NCBI GenBank assembly: GCA_045538605.1
Contig: JAZSRR010000065.1
Coordinates: forward strand, 6,692 to 70,691
Length of the DNA: 64,000 bases
Reading direction: 5' to 3'
Source of the DNA: Faecousia sp.
Lineage (GTDB): Bacteria > Bacillota > Clostridia > Oscillospirales > Oscillospiraceae
In this document: positions 1 to 9,563 of the stretch, in pieces
How positions within the stretch are numbered: position 1 is the first letter of the stretch
How the letters are laid out: each line of letters starts with the position of its first letter
Made by a program: the position numbers and the translations under genes
The notes under the pieces: generated by a model
Told to the model about the DNA's origin: nothing
Seen by the model: the letters and a program-made list of their open reading frames with translations, nothing else
Databases searched by the model: none

Positions 1-89
1 GTACCCCAAACCATTGCTTATATGCTGCAGATCAACTACTGGCTGAAGAATTATAATGTCCACATATGCTAAAAATTAAGTCGGTGCAG

Positions 90-887
90 TTAAAGCACCG
101 ACTTTTCTTTTTTACGATCGACGAGGTAGACTGGCAGAAAACACAGATATGCACCAAAGCATACCGATGGTATGTACAGCGCTGTACTGACATACCAGCC
201 AAAATGTTCTGCAATCTGCTTAAATACGATAAGGGAGGAATTGCTCGGGCCAATAAAGAACATGTTGATTGTTCCGTCGGATACGTCTCGGAACACCAGA
301 TTGACGACAAAGGCAATGACACACAATACCAAAAAGGTCTTGGTTGCCGACCAATAATCGGAAATGGTTCTGCCGCCTCTGCCGGAGAATATCAGATATA
401 GTCCCACAAATACGATCAGCATATGCCAGATTAGTGCATGACAGGTTAAGGTCCAGTATGGATGGAAGAGTCCAGAGGGCTCTGCGAAAGCAATAGCGCC
501 GCCCAAAAGGTTATATGCCATCATAAAGCTGTACATACCTTTTTGAACCATGCCAGGCTTCAAAAGCGGCGCAAGCAGGCACAGATACATCGGAATACTG
601 CAAAGCTGAAATGGGAAGATCCACCAGACATAGCTGTTGTCGCTTAAATAGAAGCAATAAAACAGTTGTTTATAGATTTCGCTGATGAGTAAAAATATTC
701 CTACGGACAGCAAAATGATACGATTACACGTTTCGTTAGCTTTTCTCAGCTTCCAGGCAAATAGGGTACACAGAGAAAAGCCGATCAAAACAAACAGGAT
801 ATGAAACAGACTGTAAGCCTTCGGGGTTTCCATTTCCCAGGCGGTTGCGCCAATGAGGCGGTCGAGTTGTGTGATCATCTGCTCCAT
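90..887 (-). CDS. YwaF/TMEM164-like integral membrane protein
   Basis: 265-aa hydrophobic ORF with 'FPFQLCS' and 'H..I' motifs typical of this membrane family. Confidence 0.65.
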   Translation of the reverse strand: MEQMITQLDRLIGATAWEMETPKAYSLFHILFVLIGFSLCTLFAWKLRKANETCNRIILLSVGIFLLISEIYKQLFYCFYLSDNSYVWWIFPFQLCSIPMYLCLLAPLLKPGMVQKGMYSFMMAYNLLGGAIAFAEPSGLFHPYWTLTCHALIWHMLIVFVGLYLIFSGRGGRTISDYWSATKTFLVLCVIAFVVNLVFRDVSDGTINMFFIGPSNSSLIVFKQIAEHFGWYVSTALYIPSVCFGAYLCFLPVYLVDRKKEKSVL

Positions 888-950
888 AAATCGGCCTTCT
901 TTCTATCTGTTAATAACTTGTTCACATTTTATCACACAAGTCGACATATT

Positions 951-1940
951 TCAATCCTGCTGATTTAAGAAGTTGACCCAGTATATCTGTGGTTGGATAA
1001 TAAGAGGGTAGATATACAGTTTCTGGGTATCCAGATTAACGGAAAATAGACTGACTGCGGAAATTCGACTATTTTCATAAGTGGTATAATAATAAATACA
1101 TTTATCTGTATTACAGCAGGAGGAATATATGGTTTTTGCATTACTGCCGTTTGCCACTACGCATCCGTTTTGTATCGCTACAGAGCTAAGAATATGAAAG
1201 AATTGATTGACGCTGCTTTCTTCGTCCGTCTGAGCAACAGAATTCAATTTTGTAAAACAAGCCCTGATAAATCTGGAAGCAGAGGAAAAGTCGCCGGGCA
1301 GTCCAACTGCGCCTATTCCGGCACTGTGGGGCTTCAGGTCAAATTGCTTGCAAAACCGATTTTCCGGACACCGATTGGTCAAATTCCGGTAGTTGGTCAG
1401 GTTGTGAATATGATATGAAAAGTCCGGACTGTTCGTCAGGACACCCACCGGATTATCGTGAATTTGCAAACCTTGCTCTGTAGACTCCAAAACAATGGAT
1501 TGGCTCTTATCCGCTAACATCCAGTGAAGGGGCGTAAGAGGGTATTGCGCACTGTAAGATATACTTGCGATATTCAGATTTTTTAACTTATCTTTCGCTT
1601 CCAAAACACTTTTGCATTGGCATAATAGCCAGGGTATCAATTCAAAGGGGGCAATATTTTTCGTATCGTCTTTAACCGGTTGATATACCGCCCAATGTGG
1701 AAAATTTAAACCAGCCATACTTAAACCGTGTTCATTCGTAGCTTCATAGTAAAGCGGATAACCGTTATCAACAGTTGCCATACCAATAAAGGCATAATGC
1801 TCCACAACCGGTTTCATACAACGAAAATTTAGAGGAAATTTTCGAGGTGTGATAACAACCGTTTCGTTATAGTGGTATTCTAAATCCAGATTCCTGCCAA
1901 AATAATGGTCTGCGGTTTTATAAGAAATTGCTGTACACAT
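951..1940 (-). CDS. Choloylglycine hydrolase / bile salt hydrolase family (Ntn hydrolase)
   Basis: N-terminal MCTA..YFGRNLD, NEHGL, GVLTNSP and GLPGDFSSASRF motifs; GGAGG RBS. Confidence 0.9.
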   Translation of the reverse strand: MCTAISYKTADHYFGRNLDLEYHYNETVVITPRKFPLNFRCMKPVVEHYAFIGMATVDNGYPLYYEATNEHGLSMAGLNFPHWAVYQPVKDDTKNIAPFELIPWLLCQCKSVLEAKDKLKNLNIASISYSAQYPLTPLHWMLADKSQSIVLESTEQGLQIHDNPVGVLTNSPDFSYHIHNLTNYRNLTNRCPENRFCKQFDLKPHSAGIGAVGLPGDFSSASRFIRACFTKLNSVAQTDEESSVNQFFHILSSVAIQNGCVVANGSNAKTIYSSCCNTDKCIYYYTTYENSRISAVSLFSVNLDTQKLYIYPLIIQPQIYWVNFLNQQD

Positions 1941-2067
1941 TTTAATACCTCCCGGAACTAGTATGGCTCCGGGAGGTGAAAACTTGCAAAATTTGTGTAA
2001 AGAATGTGCGTAAGCACTTTAATTTTGGTTTTGCTGTGTTATAATGCAGATAATCGGAGGTGTATGT

Positions 2068-2727
2068 ATGCTGACTTATGAACAGGTAACCAAAAGCGAG
2101 GCGATCCGCACATATATAACCCGGGCAGACGAATCTCTGGGCGTCCTTGGCTTTACGGAGCACAGCTTTGCCCATGTTGTTCACGTTGCGGAAATGGCCG
2201 GGTACATTCTGAAAACCTTGAATTTTGATGAAAGAACCGTTGAGCTTGCCAAAATTGCCGGCTATCTCCACGATATCGGCAACCTGGTAAACCGCAACGA
2301 CCATTCCCAGTCCGGCGCAGTCATGGCGTGGAGTATTCTCAATGATATGGGCTGCGAGGCTGCAGAAATTGCAACAATTGTAACAGCAATCGGAAATCAC
2401 GATGAGGGTACCGGCGTACCGGTTAATGCGGTAGCTGCTGCGCTCATATTGGCAGATAAGGCTGATGTGCGCAGAACCCGTGTGCGGAACAAGGATATTG
2501 CCACTTTTGACATCCACGATCGGGTCAATTATTCCGTCAAGAAATCGGTCCTGAAAATCAACGAAGAAAAGACACTGGTCAAGCTAAAATTGACCGTTGA
2601 TACTCAGTATGGATCTGTAATGGATTATTTTGAGATTTTTATGGAGCGGATGCTCCTTTGCCGAAAGGCGGCAGAAAAGCTTGGGCTGCAATTTAAGCTG
2701 ATGATTAACGAACAACAGCTGATATAA
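2068..2727 (+). CDS. HD-domain phosphohydrolase
   Basis: H...LHDIG...H..SG...H...ADKAD motifs; start set at the ATG after the GGAGG RBS. Confidence 0.85.
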   Translation: MLTYEQVTKSEAIRTYITRADESLGVLGFTEHSFAHVVHVAEMAGYILKTLNFDERTVELAKIAGYLHDIGNLVNRNDHSQSGAVMAWSILNDMGCEAAEIATIVTAIGNHDEGTGVPVNAVAAALILADKADVRRTRVRNKDIATFDIHDRVNYSVKKSVLKINEEKTLVKLKLTVDTQYGSVMDYFEIFMERMLLCRKAAEKLGLQFKLMINEQQLI

Positions 2728-2731
2728 GATA

Positions 2732-2763
2732 ACCCCGGAGGTTGTACGAACAACCTCCGGGGT
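2732..2763. terminator. Hairpin between convergent HD gene and glnA
   Basis: accccggaggttgt-acga-acaacctccggggt perfect inverted repeat. Confidence 0.7.
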
Positions 2764-2770
2764 AATGCTA

Positions 2771-4195
2771 TTATAGGTTATAATACTTTTCGAATTCAGC
2801 AGGGTGTGGAATTTGGGCCATCTGGCTGCATTCTGCCCGTTTGGTTTTGATAAAGTTTTTCAAAAGTTCCTCCGGGAATACGCCGCCGACTGTCAAATAG
2901 TCGTGGTCGGCTTCCAGTGCATCCAAGGCAGCATCCAGGGAGGTGGGAAGACCTTTCAGTTTTGCTTTTTCTTCCTCCGGCAGGTTGTACAGGTTCATAT
3001 CGTAAGGACCCCAGCCATTTTCGTGAGGATCAATTTTGTTCTTAATTCCGTCAAGGCCTGCCATCAGGATTGCCGCATAGCAGAAATACGGATTGCAGGT
3101 CGCATCGGGATTGCGAAGTTCAAACCGACGCAGCTCCGGAGTTTTGGCATAAGCCGGAATGCGGATAACTGCGCTGCGGTTTGAGGTGGCATAGCCAACG
3201 GTAACCGGTGCCTCAAAGCCTGGGACGAGTCGCTTGAAGGAGTTGGTACTGGGGTTGGTCAACGCACACAAAGAAGCGATGTGTTTCAAAAGTCCGCCCA
3301 TAAAGTAGTGGGCTTCTTTACTCAGATGGGAATAGCCATTATCGTCAGAGAAAACAGGCTTGCCGTCCTTCATCAGCAGCATATGCACGTGCATACCGTT
3401 GCCGGCTTCGCCGTAAACAGGCTTGGGCATAAATGTCGCGGATTTTCCGTATTTTAGGGCAGTATTGCGAATGATATACTTAATCATCATGGTTGCATCT
3501 GCCATTTCGGACATCTGACCCAAATGAGGCTCAATTTCGTACTGCCCGGATGCGCTGACCTCGGGATGATGATACTTGATTTTAATGCCGGCTTCTTCCA
3601 TCAGCAGGCACATTTCGCTCCGGCACTCAAAGCTATTATCAAAGGGCTTGGCAATATGATAATTCTTTTGCTTGGGAACAATGACACCCTGACCCTGAAC
3701 ACCACTATTCCAGTGGGCTTGCTCGGCATCCAAATTCATACCGATCGTATAAGGCTGGACATCCCAGCTAACATCGTTAAACAGGTAGAACTCAAATTCC
3801 GGCAAAATCAGCATCGTATCGGCAATGCCGGAATCTTTCATATACTGTTCGGCAGCCAGCACGATGTTTCGGGGATATTGTGCCAGAGGACGATTTTTCG
3901 GCGTATCAATAATCATTGCATTGCCGGTCATTGACAATGTGGGGATTTCGCAAAACGGATCAACAACTGCAGTATCCAGATCGGGAATGAATACCATGTC
4001 GCTTTTTTCCACCACCGCATAGCCGTAGTTGGATGCATCAAAACCAATGCCGTCCCGAACAGTTTCCTCATCAAAATTCTTGGCAGGAATGGTAACATGG
4101 CGATATTGTCCGTTGATATCTACCATTTTGAAGTCGACCATCTGGATGTTGTTCTCTTCAATAATTGCTAAAATGTCCTGAACTGTTTTTGCCAT
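2771..4195 (-). CDS. glnA: Glutamine synthetase type I
   Basis: FDAS, PEFEFYLF, HHPEV, ATFMPKP, GNGMHVH, NRSAVIRIP and ELRNPD motifs. Confidence 0.95.
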   Translation of the reverse strand: MAKTVQDILAIIEENNIQMVDFKMVDINGQYRHVTIPAKNFDEETVRDGIGFDASNYGYAVVEKSDMVFIPDLDTAVVDPFCEIPTLSMTGNAMIIDTPKNRPLAQYPRNIVLAAEQYMKDSGIADTMLILPEFEFYLFNDVSWDVQPYTIGMNLDAEQAHWNSGVQGQGVIVPKQKNYHIAKPFDNSFECRSEMCLLMEEAGIKIKYHHPEVSASGQYEIEPHLGQMSEMADATMMIKYIIRNTALKYGKSATFMPKPVYGEAGNGMHVHMLLMKDGKPVFSDDNGYSHLSKEAHYFMGGLLKHIASLCALTNPSTNSFKRLVPGFEAPVTVGYATSNRSAVIRIPAYAKTPELRRFELRNPDATCNPYFCYAAILMAGLDGIKNKIDPHENGWGPYDMNLYNLPEEEKAKLKGLPTSLDAALDALEADHDYLTVGGVFPEELLKNFIKTKRAECSQMAQIPHPAEFEKYYNL

Positions 4196-4230
4196 AGTTA
4201 ATATGCCCCTTCCATTTTTTTGTTATCAAT

Positions 4231-4259
4231 ACTATATCAAATTAATTATAAACAGTCAA
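4231..4259 (-). promoter_or_regulatory. sigmaA-type promoter of glnA
   Basis: TTGACT-17bp-TATAGT on minus strand. Confidence 0.6.
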
Positions 4260-4319
4260 TGAAGAAAGGTATACACATATAAAAAAGAACAAGAACAGAT
4301 AAAATCCATTCTTGTTCTT

Positions 4320-4396
4320 TGGTCGGAGTGTCGGGATTCGAACCCGAGGCCTCTTGGACCCGAACCAAGCGCGATACCAAACTTCGCCACACCCCG
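4320..4396 (-). tRNA. tRNA-Pro(CGG)
   Basis: 77-nt cloverleaf CGGGGTG..CACTCCGACCA, anticodon loop TTCGGGT, GTTCGAAT T-loop, encoded CCA. Confidence 0.95.
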
Positions 4397-4407
4397 ATAA
4401 CCCCAGT

Positions 4408-4436
4408 ATTATAAAGAAATATTCTCCAAATGTCAA
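4408..4436 (-). promoter_or_regulatory. Consensus sigmaA promoter of tRNA-Pro(CGG)
   Basis: TTGACA-17bp-TATAAT on minus strand. Confidence 0.8.
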
Positions 4437-4513
4437 GTGTAAGGAGAATAATTTTCCGTTTGTTCTTGGTTGCCTATAAGCGGCATAGATTGGAAGGAGG
4501 GGAGGTGTGTTCT

Positions 4514-4810
4514 TTGGCTTATCAAATATCTTACGGACAGACTATGGAGAAAACGCCAATTACGGAAAAGAGAATTTTGCGTCTTAGCAAGAAACAAAGA
4601 ACTATTATTATTACGGCAGTACTGTCGGCCGGACTTGCGGTATTATCCCAACGGAAAAGCTTTCAGGATGCCCTGTTGCCCGGAAACAGCCAAGTAACAC
4701 GTGAGGCAATTTCCGGTATGATTTCGGACCTGCAGGCCGGCGAGCTCCTGGGAGATGCTGTCCGGGCGTTTTGTCAGGAGATTGTAGATAATGCGCAGAT
4801 ACCCAAATAA
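4514..4810 (+). CDS. Small single-TM hypothetical protein upstream of the SpoIVFB-like gene
   Basis: GGAGG RBS before TTG at 4514; one hydrophobic segment; overlaps the next gene start. Confidence 0.55.
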   Translation: MAYQISYGQTMEKTPITEKRILRLSKKQRTIIITAVLSAGLAVLSQRKSFQDALLPGNSQVTREAISGMISDLQAGELLGDAVRAFCQEIVDNAQIPK

Positions 4811-5384
4811 TTTTGTAACTGTAGATTCGGGTTTGCTTCTGATCTTAGCGCTTTCTGTTTGGATTGTACCGATCAAGTGGCTTTTTGCCTGGGTGCTTGC
4901 TGCAGTGCTTCACGAACTATTTCACATCCTTGCTTTATATTCCTGCAGGAGCAACATCTGTTCCGTTTCCTTTGGCGTTGGTGGCGCAAGGATTTTAACC
5001 GGACCAATGACAGTAGGAAAAGAAATAATCGTTACTCTTGCCGGTCCGCTGGGCAGTTTGCTTTTGCTCTTTTTTACAAATAGATTTCCAAGAACCGCGC
5101 TATGTGCTTTACTGCAGTCGGCATATAACTTGCTCCCTATATTTCCATTAGACGGCGGAAGAGCGTTATACGCCGGTTTGTCTGCCGTGTTTTCACGGGA
5201 TGTGGCTAATAAAGCGGTGATGTATCTGAGATATATATCTGCAGGTGTTCTTACAATTGGATGTATAGGGATATCTGTTATCTTGAAGCTGGGAGTTCTG
5301 CCGATTGGTATTTGTGTGATTGTGTTATTGCAATTATTTAAGGCAAATACCTCTTGCAAAGAAGCCGATCTGATTGTACAATAA
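4791..5384 (+). CDS. M50 family site-2 metalloprotease, SpoIVFB-like
   Basis: HELFH, LAGP and NLLPIFPLDGGR motifs; upstream of the radical SAM pair as in clostridia. Confidence 0.8.
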   Translation: MRRYPNNFVTVDSGLLLILALSVWIVPIKWLFAWVLAAVLHELFHILALYSCRSNICSVSFGVGGARILTGPMTVGKEIIVTLAGPLGSLLLLFFTNRFPRTALCALLQSAYNLLPIFPLDGGRALYAGLSAVFSRDVANKAVMYLRYISAGVLTIGCIGISVILKLGVLPIGICVIVLLQLFKANTSCKEADLIVQ

Positions 5385-5419
5385 CTGAGGCAAAACATAA
5401 CACAGAAAGGAATTGAACT

Positions 5420-7255
5420 ATGACAGACCGGTTACAAAGAATTCTCCCTACGGTTCAGAAGCCTGCCCGTTATGTTGGTGGAGAATACAATACGGTAAAA
5501 AAAGACCTGATCCAAACAAGGGTGCGGGTTGCTTTTTGTTTCCCGGATACTTACGAAATCGGTATGTCAAACCTGGGCATGCAGATCCTTTACAGTGTTA
5601 TGAATCAAATGGACGGCGTATGGTGCGAGCGGGTTTTTGCACCTTGGTCCGATATGCAGGAGGCAATGGAACAGAATGGGCTTCCGCTTTGCGCACTGGA
5701 AAGTCGGTCTCCTGTTAAAGATTTCGATATGATCGCTTTTACTATCGGCTACGAAATGTGCTACAGCAACATACTCAATATGCTGCGACTTGCCCAAATT
5801 CCTATGTATACAAAGGACAGAAAAGGACTGAAAAACATAGTCTTTGCCGGTGGCGTTTGCGCGTATAACCCTGAGCCCTTAGCTGACTTTATAGACTTTT
5901 TTTCCTTAGGCGAAGGAGAAGAAATTACAGAAGAAATTGTGCGTTTATATGATCGCGCTAAGGCCGATGGCTGGAGCAAGGATGATTTTCTGCTTGCAGT
6001 CTCTAAAATCCCCGGGGTCTATGTTCCATCCTTTTACCGCCACGAATATAATGATGACGGCACTTTGGCAGCGATCGTTCCCTTGAACGGCGCGCCAAAA
6101 TATGTTACAAAACGAATTGTAGAAAATCTGGATCATTCCCATTTTCCTACGAATATGATTGTGCCATCCACCGAGATCGTTCATGAGAGAGCCAATTTGG
6201 AGGTATTTCGTGGCTGTATTCGTGGTTGCCGTTTTTGTCAGGCTGGCTTTACCTATCGTCCGGTACGCCGGAAAAGCGCCGATGTTTTATTCAGCCAGGC
6301 GGCGGAAATGTTGAAGCTTTCCGGGCATAATGAAATTACTCTGTGCAGTCTTTCCACATCGGATTACCGGGAATTGCAGGAATTAACAGAGAAATTGATT
6401 CCTTATTGCTCGGAAAATCGGATCAGTCTTTCGGTGCCGTCCCTGCGTGCGGATAATTTTTCGCAGGAACTGATGCACCGCCTGCAAACTCTGCGAAAAA
6501 GCGGCTTGACCTTCGCACCGGAAGCTGGTACGCAGCGGCTTCGGGATGTGATCAATAAAAACCTGACAGAGGAAGAAATACTCAGCGCCTGTGCCAACGC
6601 TTTTTCCGGCGGATGGAATAACGTAAAGCTGTATTTTATGCTTGGCCTACCTACAGAAACGGATGATGATGTTCTGGGTATTGCGGAATTGGTTTATAAA
6701 ATTATCAACACCTGGAAAGATTGCGCCAGTAACAAGAAAAAAGGGCTGCGGGTTCATGTTGCCACAGCGTTTTTTGTTCCCAAGCCCCATACGCCGTTTC
6801 AATGGGAAAAGCAAATTTCTCCGGAGGAATATCTACGGCGGACAAAACTTCTCAAAAGCCATTTGTATTCCAAATCCGTTGTTTACAATTATCACGAACC
6901 GGATTTGAGCCGATTGGAGGCTGTTGTAGCCCGAGGCGACCGCCGTTTGGGTGCAGTAATTGCGGAGGCTGTTAGCCGAGGTGCAAAGCTGGATGGATGG
7001 GATGAGCATTTTTCGTATCAGACCTGGCTGGATGCCTTTGCTGCCTGTGGAATCGACCCGGATTTCTACACATCCAGAGATTATCTTGCACAGGAGGTAT
7101 TGCCTTGGGATACAATTGATGTAGGAGTAGGGAAGTCGTTTCTGTTAAAAGAACGGCAAAGAGCTTACGCAGAACAGGTAACACCGGACTGCCGACACGG
7201 CTGCAGCGGCTGTGGGGCAAATCGGTTGCTTCAGGAGGTTGTTTGCGATGCTTAG
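5420..7255 (+). CDS. TIGR03960-type B12-binding/radical SAM protein
   Basis: CIRGCRFC motif; N-terminal KPARYVGGE, FPDTYEIGMS. Confidence 0.9.
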   Translation: MTDRLQRILPTVQKPARYVGGEYNTVKKDLIQTRVRVAFCFPDTYEIGMSNLGMQILYSVMNQMDGVWCERVFAPWSDMQEAMEQNGLPLCALESRSPVKDFDMIAFTIGYEMCYSNILNMLRLAQIPMYTKDRKGLKNIVFAGGVCAYNPEPLADFIDFFSLGEGEEITEEIVRLYDRAKADGWSKDDFLLAVSKIPGVYVPSFYRHEYNDDGTLAAIVPLNGAPKYVTKRIVENLDHSHFPTNMIVPSTEIVHERANLEVFRGCIRGCRFCQAGFTYRPVRRKSADVLFSQAAEMLKLSGHNEITLCSLSTSDYRELQELTEKLIPYCSENRISLSVPSLRADNFSQELMHRLQTLRKSGLTFAPEAGTQRLRDVINKNLTEEEILSACANAFSGGWNNVKLYFMLGLPTETDDDVLGIAELVYKIINTWKDCASNKKKGLRVHVATAFFVPKPHTPFQWEKQISPEEYLRRTKLLKSHLYSKSVVYNYHEPDLSRLEAVVARGDRRLGAVIAEAVSRGAKLDGWDEHFSYQTWLDAFAACGIDPDFYTSRDYLAQEVLPWDTIDVGVGKSFLLKERQRAYAEQVTPDCRHGCSGCGANRLLQEVVCDA

Positions 7256-7907
7256 GTTGTTATTTCAAAAAACCGGAAACGCCGTCTGGATGTCGCATCT
7301 GGACCTTATGCGGGTGTTTCAGAGAGCCTTTCAGCGGTCTGGCTTACTATTGAAGCACACACAGGGCTACAATCCCAGACCGTCAGTTTCCATTGCGTTA
7401 CCGCTCTCTGTTGGAACCGAAAGTGTTTGCGAGCTTCTGGACTTTGATTTGGATGGGCAAACGGTTGTATGCAGCGAAATTCAGCAGAAACTAAATAATG
7501 CATTAGTAGAAGGTGTGCAGGTTTTGCAAGTGTATGAAAACGGTCGTAAAATCCGTGATCTTTCCAAGCTGCGTTGTCTTGTTACACTGGAATATGACAA
7601 CCAAGTTCCGAATGATTGTAAAACTGCAATCAGGGCTTTGTTTAACCGTGAGGCCTTGACGGTTGCCAAAAAGTCTAAAAATGGAGAAACGCAGCAGGAT
7701 ATTATCCCTTTAATCGATCGCATAACTGTTAGGCAGACAGGGCAAAAAACAATAGAATTGGATGCAGTGATTTGCTGCCAAAACCCCAGCCTGAATCCGG
7801 CACAATTGACTGTTGCTATCTGCAAGGAATTGCCGCAGTATGCGCCGGATTTTAGCAGGATTTGCCGTCTGGAGCTATATGACCAGCAAAATGAGATTTT
7901 TCGATAA
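7248..7907 (+). CDS. TIGR03936-type radical SAM-linked protein
   Basis: SHLDLMR..QRAF.R, GYNPRP and ALPLSVG motifs; overlaps upstream stop. Confidence 0.85.
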   Translation: MLRLLFQKTGNAVWMSHLDLMRVFQRAFQRSGLLLKHTQGYNPRPSVSIALPLSVGTESVCELLDFDLDGQTVVCSEIQQKLNNALVEGVQVLQVYENGRKIRDLSKLRCLVTLEYDNQVPNDCKTAIRALFNREALTVAKKSKNGETQQDIIPLIDRITVRQTGQKTIELDAVICCQNPSLNPAQLTVAICKELPQYAPDFSRICRLELYDQQNEIFR

Positions 7908-7918
7908 GGAGCAAAACT

Positions 7919-8143
7919 ATGGAAGTGAATCCGAACTATGAATTGGAAGATTGCCCCATCTGCCGTGGCAGCGGGTTTGTTGTTCACGAGGGCGGTTGGA
8001 ATGTGCAGGTGGAATGTTCAGATTGCTGCGCCCATACTGTCTATGTTGCATACAATACACCGGAAGAAAAACAGGATGCGGAGCTGCGGGTAGTCAGATT
8101 GTGGAACATGGGTAAAGTGATTAACACCGATAACGGCGGTTAA
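7919..8143 (+). CDS. Small Zn-ribbon protein, Lar (restriction alleviation)-like
   Basis: L.DCPIC.G...V.CSDC.A....WN pattern; AAGGAG RBS. Confidence 0.6.
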   Translation: MEVNPNYELEDCPICRGSGFVVHEGGWNVQVECSDCCAHTVYVAYNTPEEKQDAELRVVRLWNMGKVINTDNGG

Positions 8144-8232
8144 TTTTTTTCTCGAAAAAAGAAAATAATGCTTGCTTTTTCCAAAATGGTATGCTAATAT
8201 ACTTTGGCAGTCCGAAGGACAGCAAGCAATTT

Positions 8233-8309
8233 CCGGGTGTGGCGAAGTTTGGTATCGCGCTTGAATGGGGTTCAAGAGGCCTCGAGTTCGAATCTCGACA
8301 CTCGGACCA
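8233..8309 (+). tRNA. tRNA-Pro(GGG)
   Basis: 77-nt cloverleaf, anticodon loop ATGGGGT, CCA end; TTGCTT-17-TAATAT promoter at 8172-8200 and terminator hairpin after. Confidence 0.95.
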
Positions 8310-8370
8310 ATAAAACCGAAAGAGCTTTTGCTCTTTCGGTTTTTTCTTATATATTTTGTAAAAAAAGCAC

Positions 8371-8399
8371 TTGATTTCCTGAAAATTCCGTGTTATAAT
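8371..8399 (+). promoter_or_regulatory. sigmaA promoter of rplS
   Basis: TTGATT-17bp-TATAAT with extended TG. Confidence 0.7.
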
Positions 8400-8417
8400 G
8401 GCTCGGTCTGAAAACAA

Positions 8418-8475
8418 GGTGGGTCCTCTGCGATGCCGACATCCATATCGTCGGAGCAAACATTGCACGAACGCC
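8418..8475 (+). ncRNA. Ribosomal protein L19 leader (putative)
   Basis: Hairpin ggtcctctgc...gcacgaacgcc in the rplS 5' UTR resembles the Firmicute L19 leader. Confidence 0.6.
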
Positions 8476-8497
8476 TAATATTAAGGAGGACATAGAT

Positions 8498-8839
8498 ATG
8501 GATTTGGTAAAAGCTCTGTCCAGCCAGTATATGAAGGAAGAACTGCCCGAAATGCGGGTTGGCGACACTGTTCGTGTACACGTGCGGATCAAGGAAGGCT
8601 CCCGTGAGCGTATTCAGGTGTTTGAAGGCACCATTATCGCCCGGAAGCACGGCGGCATTGGTGAGACCATCACTGTTCGTCGCGTGAGCTACGGCGTTGG
8701 CTGTGAAAAGGTATTTCCTGTTCACTCTCCCAATGTTGCAAAGGTTGAAACTGTCCGTAAGGGTAAGGTACGCCGTGCAAAGCTGTACTACCTGCGTGAG
8801 CGTTTCGGCAAGGCTGCAAAGGTTAAGGAAAAGGTTTAA
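8498..8839 (+). CDS. rplS: 50S ribosomal protein L19
   Basis: [33 protein letters not shown]. Confidence 0.98.
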   Translation: MDLVKALSSQYMKEELPEMRVGDTVRVHVRIKEGSRERIQVFEGTIIARKHGGIGETITVRRVSYGVGCEKVFPVHSPNVAKVETVRKGKVRRAKLYYLRERFGKAAKVKEKV

Positions 8840-8930
8840 CGCAAAAAAGAATAAAAAAAGAGGGGAAACCCTCTTTTTTTATTGCCCAAAATCGTATATA
8901 ATGATTTTAAGTATTAATTAATGAGGGTGA

Positions 8931-9563
8931 ATGGTTTTGGATAAGGAGAATTTGCAGACGCGGTTCAACTGCGCCGAGCCTGATAATAAAGATCAAAAAC
9001 AAAAATACGGCGGTATATTTTTATCCTATCTTCACGACCTGGCGTTTCTGATTGCCGGCGTCCTGCTTGTTTTTTCCTTATTGTTTCGTGTGGTTGTGGT
9101 GTCCGGTCCGTCTATGGATGCCACATTGACAGACGGCGATTGGCTTTTATTATTGGGCAACGTGTTGTATCAGGAACCAAAGCAGGGCGATATTATTGTT
9201 GCAAGCAAGGATTCCTATGATAACGGCTCTCCTATTATTAAACGGGTAATTGCCACAGAAGGACAGACTGTAGATATTGATTTTGTAAAGGGAACGGTCA
9301 GCGTTGACGGCGTTGTTCTGGAAGAACCTTATACCCTGACACCAACGAATTTACAGGAAGGCATCGAATTTCCTGTTAAAGTTGCAGAGGGCTGTATATT
9401 TGTTCTTGGGGATAATCGGAACATATCAAAGGATAGCCGTAGTCTGGAAATCGGTCAAATTGACCGCCGTGAAATTCTTGGCAAAGCAATTTTTTTGTTT
9501 TTCCCGGGAAAAAATGGCAGCTCTTCAGAAAGAGAGTTTGACAGGATCGGGGTGCTTTGGTAA
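8931..9563 (+). CDS. lepB: Signal peptidase I
   Basis: SGPSM, IIKRVIA and GDNRNISKDSR motifs. Confidence 0.92.
   Translation: MVLDKENLQTRFNCAEPDNKDQKQKYGGIFLSYLHDLAFLIAGVLLVFSLLFRVVVVSGPSMDATLTDGDWLLLLGNVLYQEPKQGDIIVASKDSYDNGSPIIKRVIATEGQTVDIDFVKGTVSVDGVVLEEPYTLTPTNLQEGIEFPVKVAEGCIFVLGDNRNISKDSRSLEIGQIDRREILGKAIFLFFPGKNGSSSEREFDRIGVLW

Noticed and set aside
1942-2517. 191-aa minus-strand ORF abutting the bile salt hydrolase gene
   Set aside because: Antisense to the HD-domain gene, which has clear motifs and an RBS
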